In this document: positions 27,079 through 40,829 of the stretch, one piece after another | Position numbering within the stretch: the stretch's first letter is position 1 | Layout of the letters: every line of letters begins with the position of its first letter | DNA from: Octopus vulgaris | Taxonomy: Eukaryota | Direction of reading: 5' to 3' | Length of the DNA stretch: 64,000 nt | Assembly (NCBI GenBank): GCA_951406725.2 | Contig: OX597818.1 | Span: forward strand, 85,994,001-86,058,000 | Made by a program: the position numbers and the translations under genes | Notes under the pieces: generated by a model | What the model saw: the letters and a program-made list of their open reading frames with translations, nothing else | Told to the model about the DNA's origin: nothing | Databases searched by the model: none

Positions 27079-27514
27079 TATAATAAATATATATATATAT
27101 TTGTGTTTATCTCCTGTCACCAGTGACGACCGATGTTGGTTTGTTTACTTAGTAACTTAGCAGTATGGTAATATGACCAATAAAATAAGCACCAAGTTTT
27201 AATAAATACTTTGATCGATCTGTTCGACTAAACCCTCCCGGGCGGTACACCAGTATGGTCGCAGTAAAATAACTGAAACAAATACAAAAAGACAACGTTT
27301 AAAAAATATTAAATAATTCGGTCTCTGGAGCTACAAGATCTTGTTCTCACCAAACTATTTCTCTTTTTGCAGCAAGGAACTCTCCCAGTCAATGGAAACT
27401 CCACTCTTCTAAAACCTTGAAAAACAGCATTAGAATACTTTCTCCCAATCTCATCGTCTCCAGTTTCATTCTGTTTTACATCCTTATTAAATCTTCTGTA
27501 TATTCCTTTTCCTA

Positions 27515-27515
27515 C

Positions 27516-27591
<76 letters not shown>

Positions 27592-27646
27592 TCGTTCTTT
27601 TCCCCTTTTCCTTTCTTTTCTTTCTGTCTGTTTTTCTTTCTTCCTA

Positions 27647-27712
<66 letters not shown>
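27515..27712. repeat. (CTTT)n microsatellite
   Basis: Seen directly. Confidence 0.95.
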
Positions 27713-27714
<2 letters not shown>

Positions 27715-27954
27715 TCTGTCTCTTTTTCATTCATTTTCTTCTCTTTGTTCTCTTTCTTCCGTTTTCTTTCCAATTTTCTTTTTTCATTTCATTATTTTTT
27801 CGCTACTCCTTGCCTCTTACTTACAGGAATGAAAAAGATGAAAAGAAGAAACGTATGACTGAATAAGGTAGCCCTCTTTGAATTATTGCTCCTACTATGT
27901 GTGTGTGTATGTGTGTGCGCGCGCACGTGTATATGTGTGAGTGTGTATGCTTAC

Positions 27955-28003
<49 letters not shown>

Positions 28004-28040
28004 GACATATTTGTGTATGTGTGTTGTATGTATGTACTTA

Positions 28041-28146
<106 letters not shown>

Positions 28147-28454
28147 TATGTATATGGTAGGTGATAACGAAACTCAGGCAGACAAGCGGGCAGGTGTTTT
28201 AGAAAACCTTTTTGATAAGAGACGTATTAATGAGAAACTGGGTTATATCTATTGCGGATGTTTGGGTGCAATATTTCACCTGTTGAAATTTCCAAATTTT
28301 CAGAAATAAACAAAGTTGTTTTCTAGAAGCAAAACAAAACATTTTATTTCATTCGCAATTTCTCTTGACGTTGAAAGAAACTGGAAGCGAGGAACTAACA
28401 TAACTATACTTCAAACGTCCTGCTATGGTAGAATATATATTCTTAGAAATTCTT

Positions 28455-28895
28455 TCTTCTATAAACACAAAGCCTGAAATTTTTGCGGAAGGGCGTTAGT
28501 TGATTGTATCGATCCCATTGCTCAAGTGGTACTTATTTTATCGACTCCTAAAAGACGAAACTTATTTCCGACCTCGTAGGGATTTGAACTTTGAGCATAA
28601 ATGCCGCTAAGCATTTTCCCCGGCGTACTAACGATTCTTATTTCTTTATTACCCACAAGGGGTTAAACATAGAGGGGACAAACAATGACAGACAAATGGA
28701 TTAAGTCGATTACATCGACCCCAGTGCGTAATTGGTACTTACTTAATCGACCCCGAAAGGATGAAAGGCAAAGTCGATCTCGGAGGAATCTGAACTCAGA
28801 ACGTAACGGCAGACGAAATACCTATTTCTTTACTACCCACAAGGGGCTAAACACAGAGAGGACAAACAAGGACAGACAAACGGATTAAGTCGATT
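28455..28895 (-). mobile_element. SINE family A tandem (Tx1-like tail, 28638-28895) joined to an older family A copy (28455-28637)
   Basis: Reverse complement matches 16655-17070, including the same internal junction aaagaaata|ggtatttc at 28822/28823. Confidence 0.85.
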
Positions 28896-29899
28896 GCAAG
28901 TAAGGTCGAATGGTTAAGATGTTCGTTTTGTAACCACGACATCCTAAGCTCGATCCCATTGCGAAGCATCTAGGGAAAATGGTATTTACATAAATTAGAA
29001 TCTGATACCTTAAGAGTGAAATTGGGTTGTGGGAAAACTATATAGAAGCCCATTGGATTCATCGTACCCGCAATTCAAAAGGTACAGCTTTGTCACACAC
29101 ACCGCGTCGCGATACGCTGTAGGCACGCCGTGCCTGTGGAATACACAGCCACTTATACATTAATTCAAGAATAGATAATTCAGTCGATCGGATAACTGAA
29201 TCTTCGTCTCCGAACGATGGAGATCCACCACCATATACGACTATATTATCCTATACATCCTTCCTATTTTCTAAAGCTGGTTGTGTGAAATTTGAAAGCG
29301 ATTATCTCATGGTTTTCCTAGCAGATCAAACGACCATGTAGAAGTCAACTACCAACTCATTGGTCTGAAATTTAGAAAGTTGTAGTAGCAACTGTCAACT
29401 GTTTTATGAATATTATTAAGACCTTTGCCTTACATCGTTTCTAGTTCGATAATATAGAGTACTAGTGAAATATTGGGGTCGATGATCTCGACTTACACTC
29501 TCCTTTCAAAACTATTGGCTTAGTGCCTACATCAGAAATCTTTCTACTGAATGTTATTACAAAAATAAGCTCTATTCATTCAGGACTTCTAGCTCTATTC
29601 CTTCTTTGATTCAGAATATTTCCATATCATTTTAGATAATTTGTACCAATTTATAAAGAAACTCTAAGTGAACCGTATCAGCTTCCAAAATAAAGGAAGA
29701 ACTGGCTTACAGTCTTTTGATAACTTTCTATTCTTTGTTATTTTAAACAAATCTGATCACTTAGTGTTGTCAGTCATCCAAAATACATCCAAAAGCCAAC
29801 ACGTCTGTCGTTTATAAATATATTTATATATTTATATATTCCTGACACATCCACCATCATGAATTACAAATAAGGAATTTCTAAGAGCTAAGGAGACAG

Positions 29900-30090
29900 T
29901 ATACGTAGTCGCTCGAGCAAGCAAAAATAGAGGCCAAATTACTATAAACCCCCACAGCCTACTTTTAAGAGTCGGTGCCGAAAACGAAAGACTGACACAT
30001 TAGATAATGTAGTTCTAAATACCTCTAATATGACGAATGCTTTTGAAAATAGTTCTGCTCAGAATTGATCTGAGGTTAATCAACAACTCT
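29900..30090 (+). repeat. Dispersed repeat family D (other copies ~4203-4290, ~37220-37420, ~57770-57960 minus), several ending in (CAA)n
   Basis: Shared gtc.ctcg...gaaatagc.gccaaat...ccta..gtcttaaaaaa...attggataatgtagt landmarks. Confidence 0.55.
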
Positions 30091-30454
30091 GATCTAACCC
30101 CAAGCATGAACTAACACCATGAACAGGGGCCACGAAGATATACTCTAATGAGGTCATACTAATCATGTTTTCTTCAATAGCAGAAAGACACAACAATTAG
30201 GAAATTAATGCCTGTCGTATCCAACAATCTTCCAAACAGTCATAATAAGATCTTTTAAAGCTACTGCAAGTTTTACACGTCTCTGTCTCTGAAGATTCCT
30301 TCTGATGATTACACATCCTGAACTTAGCAAAGACTCCGTTGCAAAGACAGGCCTCATATTCAGGGACAAAAACATCACAGTACTCTCTTCTCTAAGAACA
30401 TTTACCAATCCTTTTCAACTCTCGAGTAAGACTCACTTTAAGTAAGTAAATCTA

Positions 30455-30661
30455 CCATATTTTCTGGCATAGAATTCGAAATTTTCAGACCAAAATTTAG
30501 GGCCCCAAAAAATAGGTAGACGTATACACCAAGACTAATTTGGAGGCCCAAAACTTCCATATGAAATGCAGCAGGATTTGCAAAGATTATGATGATGTTT
30601 GAATGTTTACACTACATGTTTAAACTAAACACTGCGTCGACTTATATGTGGGAAAATACGG
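30455..30661. mobile_element. Tc1/mariner (Tc2/pogo-like) MITE, 207 bp
   Basis: TA flanks. TIRs CCATATTTTCTGGCATAGAATTCGA / CCGTATTTTCCCACATATAAGTCGA. Confidence 0.75.
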
Positions 30662-30674
30662 TAATCCGTTGACT

Positions 30675-30909
30675 AAGGCGGTCGAGTTGGCAGAAACGTT
30701 AGCACGCCGGACGAAATGCTTAGCGGTATTTCGTCTGCCGTTACGTTCTGAGTTCAAATTCCGCCGAGGTCGACTTTGCCTTTCATCCTTTCGAGGTCGA
30801 TTAAATAAGTACTAGTTACGCAATGAGATCGATATAATCGACTTAATCCGTTGGTCTGTCCTTGTTTGTCCCCTCTATGTTTAACCCCTTGTGGACAATA
30901 AAGAAATAA
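30675..30909 (+). mobile_element. SINE family A monomer with Tx1-like tail
   Basis: Full head plus ...aaccccttgtggacaataaagaaata. Confidence 0.9.
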
Positions 30910-30926
30910 GAAAGAGCTATATATAC

Positions 30927-31410
30927 GAGGCCATGCTGGAGCACTGCCTTTAGTAGAACAAGTCGACCCCAGTGCTTATTCTTTTCAAGCTTAGTACTTA
31001 TTTTATCGGTCTTTTTTGCCGAACCGCTATGTTACGGTGACGTAAACACACCAACATCAGTTGTCAAGCGATGGTGGTGGTGGGGTGGTGTCAAGCACAG
31101 ATTCACACAAATACATACACACATATACAATGGGCTTCTTTCAGTTTCCGTTTACCAAATCCACTCACAAGGCTTTGGTCGGCCCGAGACTATAGTAGAA
31201 GACACTTGCCCAAGGTGCTACGCAGTGGAACTGAACCCAGAACCAATGTGGTTTGGAGACAGGTTTCCACATAGCTCTCACCTACCAAATTCACAAATTC
31301 ACTCACTGTACATTGGTTGGCTGACGGCTATAGGAGAAGACACTTGCCCAAGGTGCCGTGCAATGGGACTGAACCTGGAACCAAGGTGGTTGCAAAGCGA
31401 GCTTCATGCA
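30927..31410 (-). mobile_element. SINE family B copy plus additional head fragment
   Basis: Reverse complement matches 56951-57300. Confidence 0.8.
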
Positions 31411-31499
31411 TTTTCTATAATCATTCCTTTGCCTTTTCTTCTTCTTCAGTTCATGAAACCTCGTTTTTCATCCTTTCCTGGCGTTTATTAATAACTCCC

Positions 31500-32150
31500 A
31501 ACGCAGCACTGTCTCCTCCCCAGCCTTCTCCCTATTCTCCTCCCTGTCCTCCTCCCTTCCTCCGCTCTTCCTCTTCATCTTCTCCTACTCCTCTTCTACA
31601 TTATCCTCTTCTCCCCTTCCCTACCTTCTTCTTCCCCTTCTCCCTCCTCCCCTTCTTCACAATTCCCTCCCCCTCCTTCCCCTTCTCCCCATCCACTTAC
31701 CCCTCTTCCCTCCTCCCCTTCTTCCCCATCCATTCCTCCCTTCCTTCCCGAACCCTTCTCCCTTCTCTATCTTTATCCTCTTCCTCTATCCCTTCTCCTT
31801 TCTCCTCTTCCCCCTCCTTTCTCCTTTTCGCCTCTTCCCCTTCCTTTCTCCTTCTTTCTTCTCCTCCTCCTTCCCTGCCCCTTCATCATTCTCCCTCCTC
31901 TTCATTGTCTCTTCTCTTCATGCTCCCTTCTCTTCATTCTTCCTCCTTTTCTTCATTCTGCCTCCTCCTTTTACCCCACCTCTATCTCTTCCTTCCTCTC
32001 CCTCATTCTCCCTTCTCCTCTCTCCTCCTAATTCCCCCCTCCCTCGTCTCCTCTTTATCAACTTCACCTATCCAATCATTTTCCTTTCTATGCCTTCTGT
32101 AACTCTTTTCCACCTTCTGCCCCATCTTCGCCGTCTTCATCCAACCTTAT
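31500..32150. repeat. Polypyrimidine (CT-rich) low-complexity tract
   Basis: Seen directly; explains ORF 31317-32102. Confidence 0.9.
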
Positions 32151-32435
32151 TTCCGTTTCGTGTTTCTTGAAGCTCTTACGTCTAATAGACCTTATCTATC
32201 TTAATCCGTTCCCATCGAACCTTCTAGATCTTCTTAAATAAATGCACCTGCTTTCTAATAAAAGACTGAGGTCGACTTCGAGATAACCGAAACAACATCA
32301 AAAACACGTGACCGCTGTAAATTCTTACGATTAGTCACTCTGATGAAGGTGAAAAATTAGCTCACTTAATAAAGAAAATATCAAGATTATACATTAATTA
32401 GAATATAAAAAATCAAAAACAAAAACAAGCATATA

Positions 32436-32600
32436 TGTGCAGTTATGGCTGTGTGGTAAGAAGATTGCTTGCAAGCCATTGTGTTTTGAGTTCAGTCCCA
32501 CTGCGTGGCACCTTGTGCTGGTGTCTTCCAATATAGCCCCGGGTGAAGTTAAGCCTTGAGACTGGAATCGGTAGACGGAAACAGAAAGAAGCTCGTCGTG
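32436..32600 (+). mobile_element. SINE family B head
   Basis: atggctgtgtggtaagaag...gagttcagtcccactgcgtggcacctt. Confidence 0.8.
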
Positions 32601-32670
32601 TATACACACATACACACAGACACAGACACACACACACACACACGCACTCATATATATCATATATATATAT

Positions 32671-33465
32671 GGCTCCGGCTTGCACTATTCTTTTCAGTGA
32701 TGCTGAGGTATGCTTTTGGTGACATACAAATTGGTGTCAAATTCCAGTTTCGTACAAGTGGTGGACTATTCAATCATCAGCGTTTCAAAACCAGGACACT
32801 GCTATGCACCAGTATCATTCGTGATCTAATTTTTGCAGATAATGCTGCACTAGTAGCTACCTCTTTAGAGGCACCTCAAGAACTTCTAGACGACACCTTA
32901 ACCAACCAGACATCTTCTACAAAGAGTCTCTGAGGACAATCTGCGGTTATTTACTAAAAGACAAAGTTTCTAATGCCGACTTGTTTAGCAAGTGTAAGAT
33001 TGTAGGAAGTGAGAGCTTTCTTATACAATCACAATTGCGCTGGGCTGGCCATGTCGTCAGAAAGAATAACCAAAGTCATCATGTACAGCCAGCTTGAGAG
33101 TGGACACAGGAAAGTTGGTCGACCATGGCTCAGATATAAGGACAAGCTGAAGAGTATCCTCTTAGTGATGAAGATAGCTCAGAACACCATGGAGCGAACG
33201 TTATCGGTACAAACAAAATGGAGATCGTTGTGTCAAAATAGCATTAAAAACTTTGTTGCAACCAGCATTAACAGGCTTCGTGGGGTGCAAAGCGAACGAG
33301 AAGAGCGGTTACAGATATACCACCTACACTGAGCTGTAATCCTCAAACTTGCATCATTTGTGGCCTTCTTTGTAAACTGTTGGCGGGACTTAAATGTCAC
33401 ATTCGACATAAGCATTATAACTAACAAAGAAAAAGTACGTTGTCGGAGCCTCATTCGTCGATATA
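32671..33465 (+). mobile_element. RTE (BovB-like) LINE fragment with internal deletion
   Basis: LFFSVMLRYAF..GVKFQFRTSGGLFN..RDLIFADNAALVA; LRWAGHVVR; MYSQLESGHRKVGRPWLRYKDKLK. Confidence 0.88.
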
Positions 33466-33469
33466 CATA

Positions 33470-33628
33470 GGCGCAGGAGTGGGTGTGTGGTAAGAAGCTT
33501 GCTTCACAACAACATGGTTGCGGGTTTAGAACCACTGCGTGATACCTTGGGCAAGTGTCTTCTATTATAGTCTCGGGACGACCAAAGCCTTGTGAGTAGA
33601 TCTGGAAGACGGAAAATGAAAGAAGCCC

Positions 33629-33687
<59 letters not shown>

Positions 33688-33833
33688 GTGTCTGTGTTTA
33701 CATTACATCCCCGTAACTTAGCGGTTCGGCAAAAAGACCGCCAGAATAAGTACTAGGCTTACAAAGAATAAGTCCTGGAGTGGTGGTCCAGCATGGCCGC
33801 AGTCAAATGACTGAAACAAGTAAAAGAATAAAA
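33470..33833 (+). mobile_element. SINE family B, near full length with internal (TA)n
   Basis: ggcgcaggagtgggtgtgtggtaagaagc ... gactgaaacaagtaaaagaataaaa. Confidence 0.9.
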
Positions 33834-33874
<41 letters not shown>

Positions 33875-34767
33875 TATGTGTGTATGTTTGTGTATGTGTG
33901 TGTTAGTGTGCATATTTGTGTGTGCATGTGCGCGCGCGTGTGTGTTAATGTCTGTGCTTATCCCTCACCGACGCTGGACAACTGGTTATGGTTTGCTAAC
34001 GCCAAACAGATGTAGATACTTCTCGACACACAACATGGACTAAAATCTTTTTAAGAATCTACGAAATTACAATAATTTTAATGTCATGATTAGCAACAGC
34101 GAAACCGGTCGACAGACACAATATCAAATATATTAAAACATATATCAAAACTATGTAAAGTGTGTGTATTTTCCTTCTTTTATTTTATATAAATATATTT
34201 TGCATTACAACTCACCACGTGAGGACAATTGAATTTCCTCCCTTTTTGTTACTATATATATACATATATACACACACACTCACACACAAATACACACATA
34301 CACATATATATCTGTAAATGTGTTTATCCCCCAGAGATACTTGACAAACGGTGTTGGTTTGATTACAACTCCATAAGCAAACGGCCCGGAAAATAAAACC
34401 GACAGAATACGTACCAGACTTAAGTACTGCGATAAATTTGTTCGACTGAATCTTTCAAGATTGTGCTCCAGAATGGCCGCAGTTTAAACGTTTGTAACAA
34501 ATACCAGATAAAAGGAAGATATGTTCAAAGCCAAAAGACTTTTCCTATCTTTGATACAGAATCAAAGAAAGCTTGTAATTCGTGCAAATTACTGTGGTCA
34601 TCTTTTAATTAGCAAAGCGTTGCAGCTGAGATTAAATTGCAAAGATGGCGTCTATTATTGATGTTAGCTTTGACTGGCGGATGTGATCTATAGCTATTAT
34701 AGGTGAAAATGTCATCAGTTGTACTACAACTATGAAATTGATTATTTTATATTATTATGTACTATTA

Positions 34768-35260
34768 CAAGGCGGCAAGCTGGCAGAATCGTTACCGCAC
34801 AGGATGAAATGCTTAACCGAGCTTCTGCTCTTTCCATTCTTTCCGAGTTCAAATTCCGCTGAGGTCGACTTTGCCTTTCATTCTTTCACCGTCGATATCA
34901 TAAAGTACCAGTTGAGTACTGGGGTCGATATAATCGACTAGTATCCTCCCTCAAAACGTTAGGCTTTCGTGACTATACTAGAAAGGAGTATTACGCGTAT
35001 ATATTGATTTCAAATTTTGGCATGGCACAAGGCCAGCAATGTAAGGGGTGGGGGTAAGTCCATTACATCGACCCCAGTGTTCAACTGGCACTTATTTTAT
35101 TGAGCCCAGTGCTCAACTGGTAATTATTTTATCAACCCTGAAATGATAAAAAAAAAGCAAAGTCGACCTCGGCAGAATCTGAACTCAGAACATAAAAGCA
35201 GACGAAATGCTGCTAAGCATTTTTCCGGCGTGCAAACCGATTCTGCTAGCTTGCCGCCTT
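34768..35260. mobile_element. Tail-to-tail inverted pair of SINE family A copies (+ 34768-34990; - 35010-35260)
   Basis: Both begin aaggcggcaagct(g/a)gcagaatcg on opposite strands. Confidence 0.85.
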
Positions 35261-35286
35261 ACACATAGAATTAGATATTGTTACAT

Positions 35287-36146
35287 CCGTGGTATAATCA
35301 ATAAATATCCGGACTGTTGCTTTAGTAACGAAGCTAAGGCATGGAGAATGAAGCCGCCTGGCACAGATTGACCTTGAATTTTTTGAGTTTTACCGTTCTA
35401 GTTCACTTCCGCTGTTTACAGCAGTGCTTGGAAGGAACGAGTGTAGCGTGTGATCGTCGCATTTACCATGACAAAGTTGAGCACAGAATCTGCATCAAGT
35501 TTTACCAAAAGCTTGGCGATTCCTGCTCAGAAGTTTTTAAAAAGTTTTCATCGTTCTCGCCAATCAAGGAGATACTGTGCAACTGAAACCTGAGTGTCTT
35601 TTTGGTCATCTAAAAACAGTTTTGGCACAAACTTTCCAGACATGCGTCTCATACCAAAATGTTCTGTGATAATGGACTGAACTGAACAGTACCTAAACTG
35701 CACATCCTCTGATAACTCACGGATGGTGATTCGACGATTTCCCCTTACAGCTGCACGCACATCTGCGATGTTTTTCTCAATTCTGCTGATTGCAGGTCTC
35801 CAGAACGTTCGTCAATATCGACATTTTCCCGGCCATCTTGGAAATGTCTGAACCACTCGAACACTTGTGTACGACTCATAACACTCCTCTCCATACATTT
35901 TAACAACTTTTTCCGTATGCCTTTGAGCAGGTATCACCATAACAACCTTCTCTATCATAGCCAATACGACCATCACACGCTACACACGTTCGTTCCAAGC
36001 ACTGCTGTAAACACCGGATGTAAGCAAGAACGTTAACATTTTGTACGCATGCCCAACAGATTTCAAGGTCAATCTGTGTGAAGCGGCTTTACTCTGCGTG
36101 TTTTAGCTTCGTTACTATGGCAACAGTTCGAATACATATTGATCAG
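35287..36146. mobile_element. mariner-derived foldback element (two 5' portions in inverted orientation)
   Basis: ~35287-35530 is inversely homologous to ~35920-36146. The minus arm encodes SRTQVFEWFRHFQDGRE..RRITIRELSE..GMRRMSGKFVPKL (mariner N-terminal HTH region). Confidence 0.85.
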
Positions 36147-36191
36147 AGCTGGCAGAATCGTTACTATGGCAATAGTTCGAATACTTATTGA

Positions 36192-36400
36192 GTGAGCTGG
36201 CAGAATCGTTGCCAACCGATCCAAATGCTTAGCTGCGTTTCTTCCGGTTTTACATATTAGGTTCAAATTCTGCTGAGGTCGACTTTGCCTTTCATGCTTT
36301 CGGTGTCGATAAAATAAGTACCAGTTGAGCACCGGAATCACTGTAATTAACTAGCACCACCCCTAAATTTCAGGTTTCATGCCTTATAATTGAAAGGATC
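36192..36400 (+). mobile_element. SINE family A, diverged
   Basis: gagctggcagaatcgtt...ggttcaaattctgctgaggtcgactttgcc. Confidence 0.8.
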
Positions 36401-36778
36401 ATTACCCTGGATTGTCAGGTAAATTCGTTCCTTTTTTCCTTTGCTTTCACATATTTCAATACCATCGAGTGATCTCACTTCCTGATTGGTACTTATTTCT
36501 TAAGTCTAGTACTTACTCGGGTGAACTTCTTTAACCGAACCGCTATGTTATGGGATCATAAACAAACCAGCACCGGTTGTCAATCGGCAGAGTTGGAGAC
36601 AAAGCATAGTCAGAAAGGTGAACAGACATGCACTCGCATATAATATGTATATGTATAACGGAATAGAGGGCATTAAAACGTTCGGACAAATAGACAATAC
36701 AAAGGCGGAAAACAATAATTAGGACAGATAAAAAAAAGTCGGGTCATTCTTGGCTTTCTTTCATCAGTCAAGTACCAG

Positions 36779-36849
<71 letters not shown>

Positions 36850-37742
36850 CATATATATATCAACAAATTTACATACATACGGACACACACACATACATAC
36901 ACACACACACACATACATACACACACACACACATATATATTTGTAAATATATATAGATATACATCTGATAAGCTACCATACAGATTTCATCTACGAAATT
37001 CACTCACAAGGCATCGGTTACCCCGGGACTTTGTAGGAGAAAGCTGCCCAAGGTGCTGCACAGTGGGAATGAAAGATATCAAATCAAACTCAGTGGTATT
37101 TGAACTCAGAACATAAAAGTATTTTGTGCAACCTCGCTATCGATTCTGCCAGACATCAAACGTTCAGTAAAAAGTTTAAAAGTCAAATATTGAATTGAGT
37201 AACGAGGTGGGGGGAGGGGCGTCTACGTGGTTGGTCAACTTGCTTGAAATAGCAACCAAATCTCCTTGATAATGAAATGGTCGTATGGGTTGATTAATGT
37301 GAACCTGAGTTATCTCCTCATTGAAAAAAATAAAAGATGGATGATTGTAGCTGGAATGCAGTTTATTATAGGCTTTCTCAATGAGAGTTAAACTAGGGCT
37401 AAGCAACAACAAAAAAGCAACAACAACAACCATGAGGACAACAATAGCAACACCATCAATAACAATAAGAACCAGCTTCTGATTAGTGTCAGTCGAGATT
37501 ATGACTGATATCCGAGATAAATAAATGAGAACCCAATGTTGCCCAGCTATATCTGGTGTCATGGTAGTTGTGTTGTTGGTGGTGGTGCTACAGCTGTTGC
37601 GGCTGCTACAACTTATATTGGCGCTGCTACTACTACTACTACTACTACTATGATCGATATGTGTGTGTGTCTGTGTCTTTGCGTCTTTGCGTATGTGTGT
37701 GAATGTGTGTGTGTATGTGTATATATAAATATATATATATAC

Positions 37743-37810
<68 letters not shown>

Positions 37811-38392
37811 AGGGTTGAAATATATGTGTGTGCGTGTATATGTATACATACATTTATATATATGCACATAAATATACATACAAGCGTATGTATGTGTGTG
37901 TGTATGTGTGTATCTATTATAGTTAATCCTCTTAATCAATATGCTTGGGCTCCTTGTCCACATTAAGGTGGAGGACAACTATGATAGGAAATTCAATAAA
38001 CTGTAATCTATGCATTTCTGCTCTGTTGGTGATTCGTCTTTTGCTGATAAACGATATTTGCATGTTATTAATTATATATGACAATGTTTTGAGATAAATA
38101 GCATTTTTGTTAGGATTATCATTCAGAATTAGATGTGAATTGCAATGGTAGTGAACTACCACCACACATGATCCAATGAACCAATGAATAATAGGTAGAT
38201 CTTACCATAGCGCTATAGAATATAGCAATAATTATCAGTGATAAAAGATTTCGTTGATTAAATAATTGTGTCCACCATTAATATCATTGATGCTGTATCT
38301 GTGTATACATACATAAATCTACACGTGCATTACACACACACACGCACACACTCATAAACGTATATATATATATTATTGAATGTAAATATGTC

Positions 38393-38448
<56 letters not shown>

Positions 38449-38561
38449 TGAAGGAATGATACAAAGTAGCATTCAACATATTTGTCTGGAGATACACGTA
38501 TTCAGTAATAGTTTGACTCAGCGCCAGTCTGAATCGCGGAACATCTGATATACACACACAC

Positions 38562-38632
<71 letters not shown>

Positions 38633-38634
38633 TA

Positions 38635-38808
38635 TCCTCTGTCTTCCCTTCTCTGGATCTTTCCTTCTCCTATGTTTACGACGAAGAGCTCCGCTCGAAA
38701 CGTTAAAACCTCCTTTTTTCCGTCTTTTCTGAGCGTCCAATAATACTATATTTGTTCCACGTGCTCGCGTTGTTCTGCTTTTTTGTGCTTTCTTGTTTGG
38801 ATTAACTT
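38635..38808 (+). mobile_element. Penelope-type 3' terminus with degenerate hammerhead (38674-38710), embedded in (TA)n
   Basis: GTTT-ACGACGA-AGAGCTCCGCTC-GAAAC-GTT-AAAAC. Homologous to 25283-25450 (minus). Confidence 0.7.
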
Positions 38809-39239
38809 TATATATATATATATATATGTATATATATACGAGCGAGCAGACAAACTGAAAGAATGATATTCAACACATTTATTGGAAGTTAAATGTGTGG
38901 ATCAAACAGATTCAAATTCCTTGGTACTTTAAGTTTCAATATATTCTAATTCTAATGGCTGAAGACGAGCATCATGCTTGAGACTTAAAGTACCAAAGAA
39001 TCTGAATCAATCTGCTTGATCCATCCATCCATCCATCCATCCATCCATCCATCCATCCATCCATCCATCCATCCATCCATCCATCCATACATACATACAT
39101 ACATACATGCATACATACATACATACATACATGCATGCATACATACATACATACATACATACATACATACAGACATACATACATGCATACATATTTATAT
39201 ATAAATACATACTTATTTATATATACGTACAGCATATAG

Positions 39240-40800
39240 AAGAAGTTTAGGGACCACAAAAATCAGGAGAGGTATCTTCCAAGGAGACTGCCTATCCTTA
39301 ATGATCTTTGCTCTGTTAATGATACCACTAACACTGATTCTGAGGAAAGCAAAAGCTGAGTATGTATTCAAGAGCCGCCAACAAAAAGTTAATTATTTGT
39401 TATTCATGAATGACCTCACACTTTATGGTAAAGATAAATCCAAAGTCAGTTCCCTCGTTGATACGGTGTATACTTTCAGTGTTGATATCAGAATGGAGTT
39501 CGGAGTGAAAAAGTGTGGTGTGTTAGTCTTCAAGAGAGGCAAAATCAAATGTATGGACGGGCTAGCGATACCGTCGGGAGAGGTTACGAAAAAAAAAAGA
39601 AGAGACGGGCGATAAGTACTTGGGGATATTGGAAATGGATAAATTGATGGAGAAAGAAATGACTGAAAAATTCAAGGTGGAGTACTTGCGCAGACAGACT
39701 GATACTTATGTTGAAATGAAACTGACGGAATAAGATTGAAGCTCTCAAATCTTAGGCGGTTTCACTCCTAAGATATGGAGCAGGGGTAATCGCATGGACT
39801 GTAGACGAACTAAACAGCTTAGACAGAAAGACAAGGAACTTGCTGACTAAATATGGGATACTCCACCCAAAAAGTGACACAGACAGACTGTATGTGCCAA
39901 GAAAAAGACGGGGAAGAGGACTGATTGGATGCGAACACAGCATTATAGCAGAAAAAACCCCAACATAGCATGGTATGTAAAAAATGTTACAGTACCATTC
40001 TAATGTAGGATGGAACATTGCAAAGATAGCGCACTGTACAAGTACTTGATAATGAATGAAACTGAAAATAGGTGGATAAAGAAAGGAATGCATGGGCAAT
40101 TTCATAGGGATGTTGAAAACAGAAAAAGATGACTATGGATGACTAAAAGTGATTTTAAACCGGAAACGGATGTTCTAATCTGTGCAACCTAAGAGCAAGC
40201 ATTAAGAACCAATTACATCAAATACAGAATAGATAACACACCAGAAAGTGATAAGTGCCGAATTTGTGGATAAAACGGTAAAACTCTATGGCATATTACC
40301 AGTCAATGTACACCACTAGCCCAGAAAGAATATAAGAGACATCATGACAATTTAAAAAGGCTTGTCCATTGGTCACTTTGTAACAGGTATGGACTTGACA
40401 GAGAAAAAATGTGGTACGAACATAATCCCGAAGGCATCATCGAAAATGATAATGCAAAGATCCTATGGGATTTTATGATTCAGTGCGACCATAATCTAGA
40501 GAATAGGAAACCAGACATAGTGTTAATTGAGAAAGAAAGCAAACAATGCTGGATCATAGATATAGCATGCCCAGCTGACGACAAGGTGTGCGATAAGGAA
40601 GAAAGAAAAGTCGATAGATATAATAGGTTAGCTTCGGAAGGTAAGCAGTTGTGGTCGCTGAAAAAGGTGGCAGTAGTACCAATAGTTGTCGGAGCCCTGT
40701 GAGCAGTGAGTAATAATATTGAGAAGTACATGGAACAAATAGGGCTGCAATAAGGGTGGAGCATTTGCAGAAAACCGCACTGCTTGGAACCACACGAAAA
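39240..40800 (+). mobile_element. R4/Dong-clade RLE non-LTR retrotransposon fragment (RT, Zn-knuckle region, RKPD endonuclease), decayed
   Basis: [12 protein letters not shown]; LLFMNDL; IRMEFGVKKC; KYLGILE; DRLYVPRKRRGRGL; CRICG; KILWDF..ENRKPDIVLI..IIDIACP; VVPIVVGAL. Confidence 0.93.
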
Positions 40801-40829
40801 TGTCGACATACACGTGGAACCACACGTGT

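Noticed and set aside
27351-27415. Possible 65-nt minus-strand exon (ttttcaag acceptor, gtgaga donor)
   Set aside because: Peptide unrecognisable and no partner exons; needs RNA-seq.
30205-30408. 67-aa ORF in unique-looking sequence
   Set aside because: No motif and no consistent splice signals.
31317-32102. 261-aa S/P/L/F-rich ORF
   Set aside because: Polypyrimidine low-complexity tract plus a SINE head.
32339-32390. CTGATGA hammerhead core
   Set aside because: No compatible stem II/GAAA/stem I arrangement.
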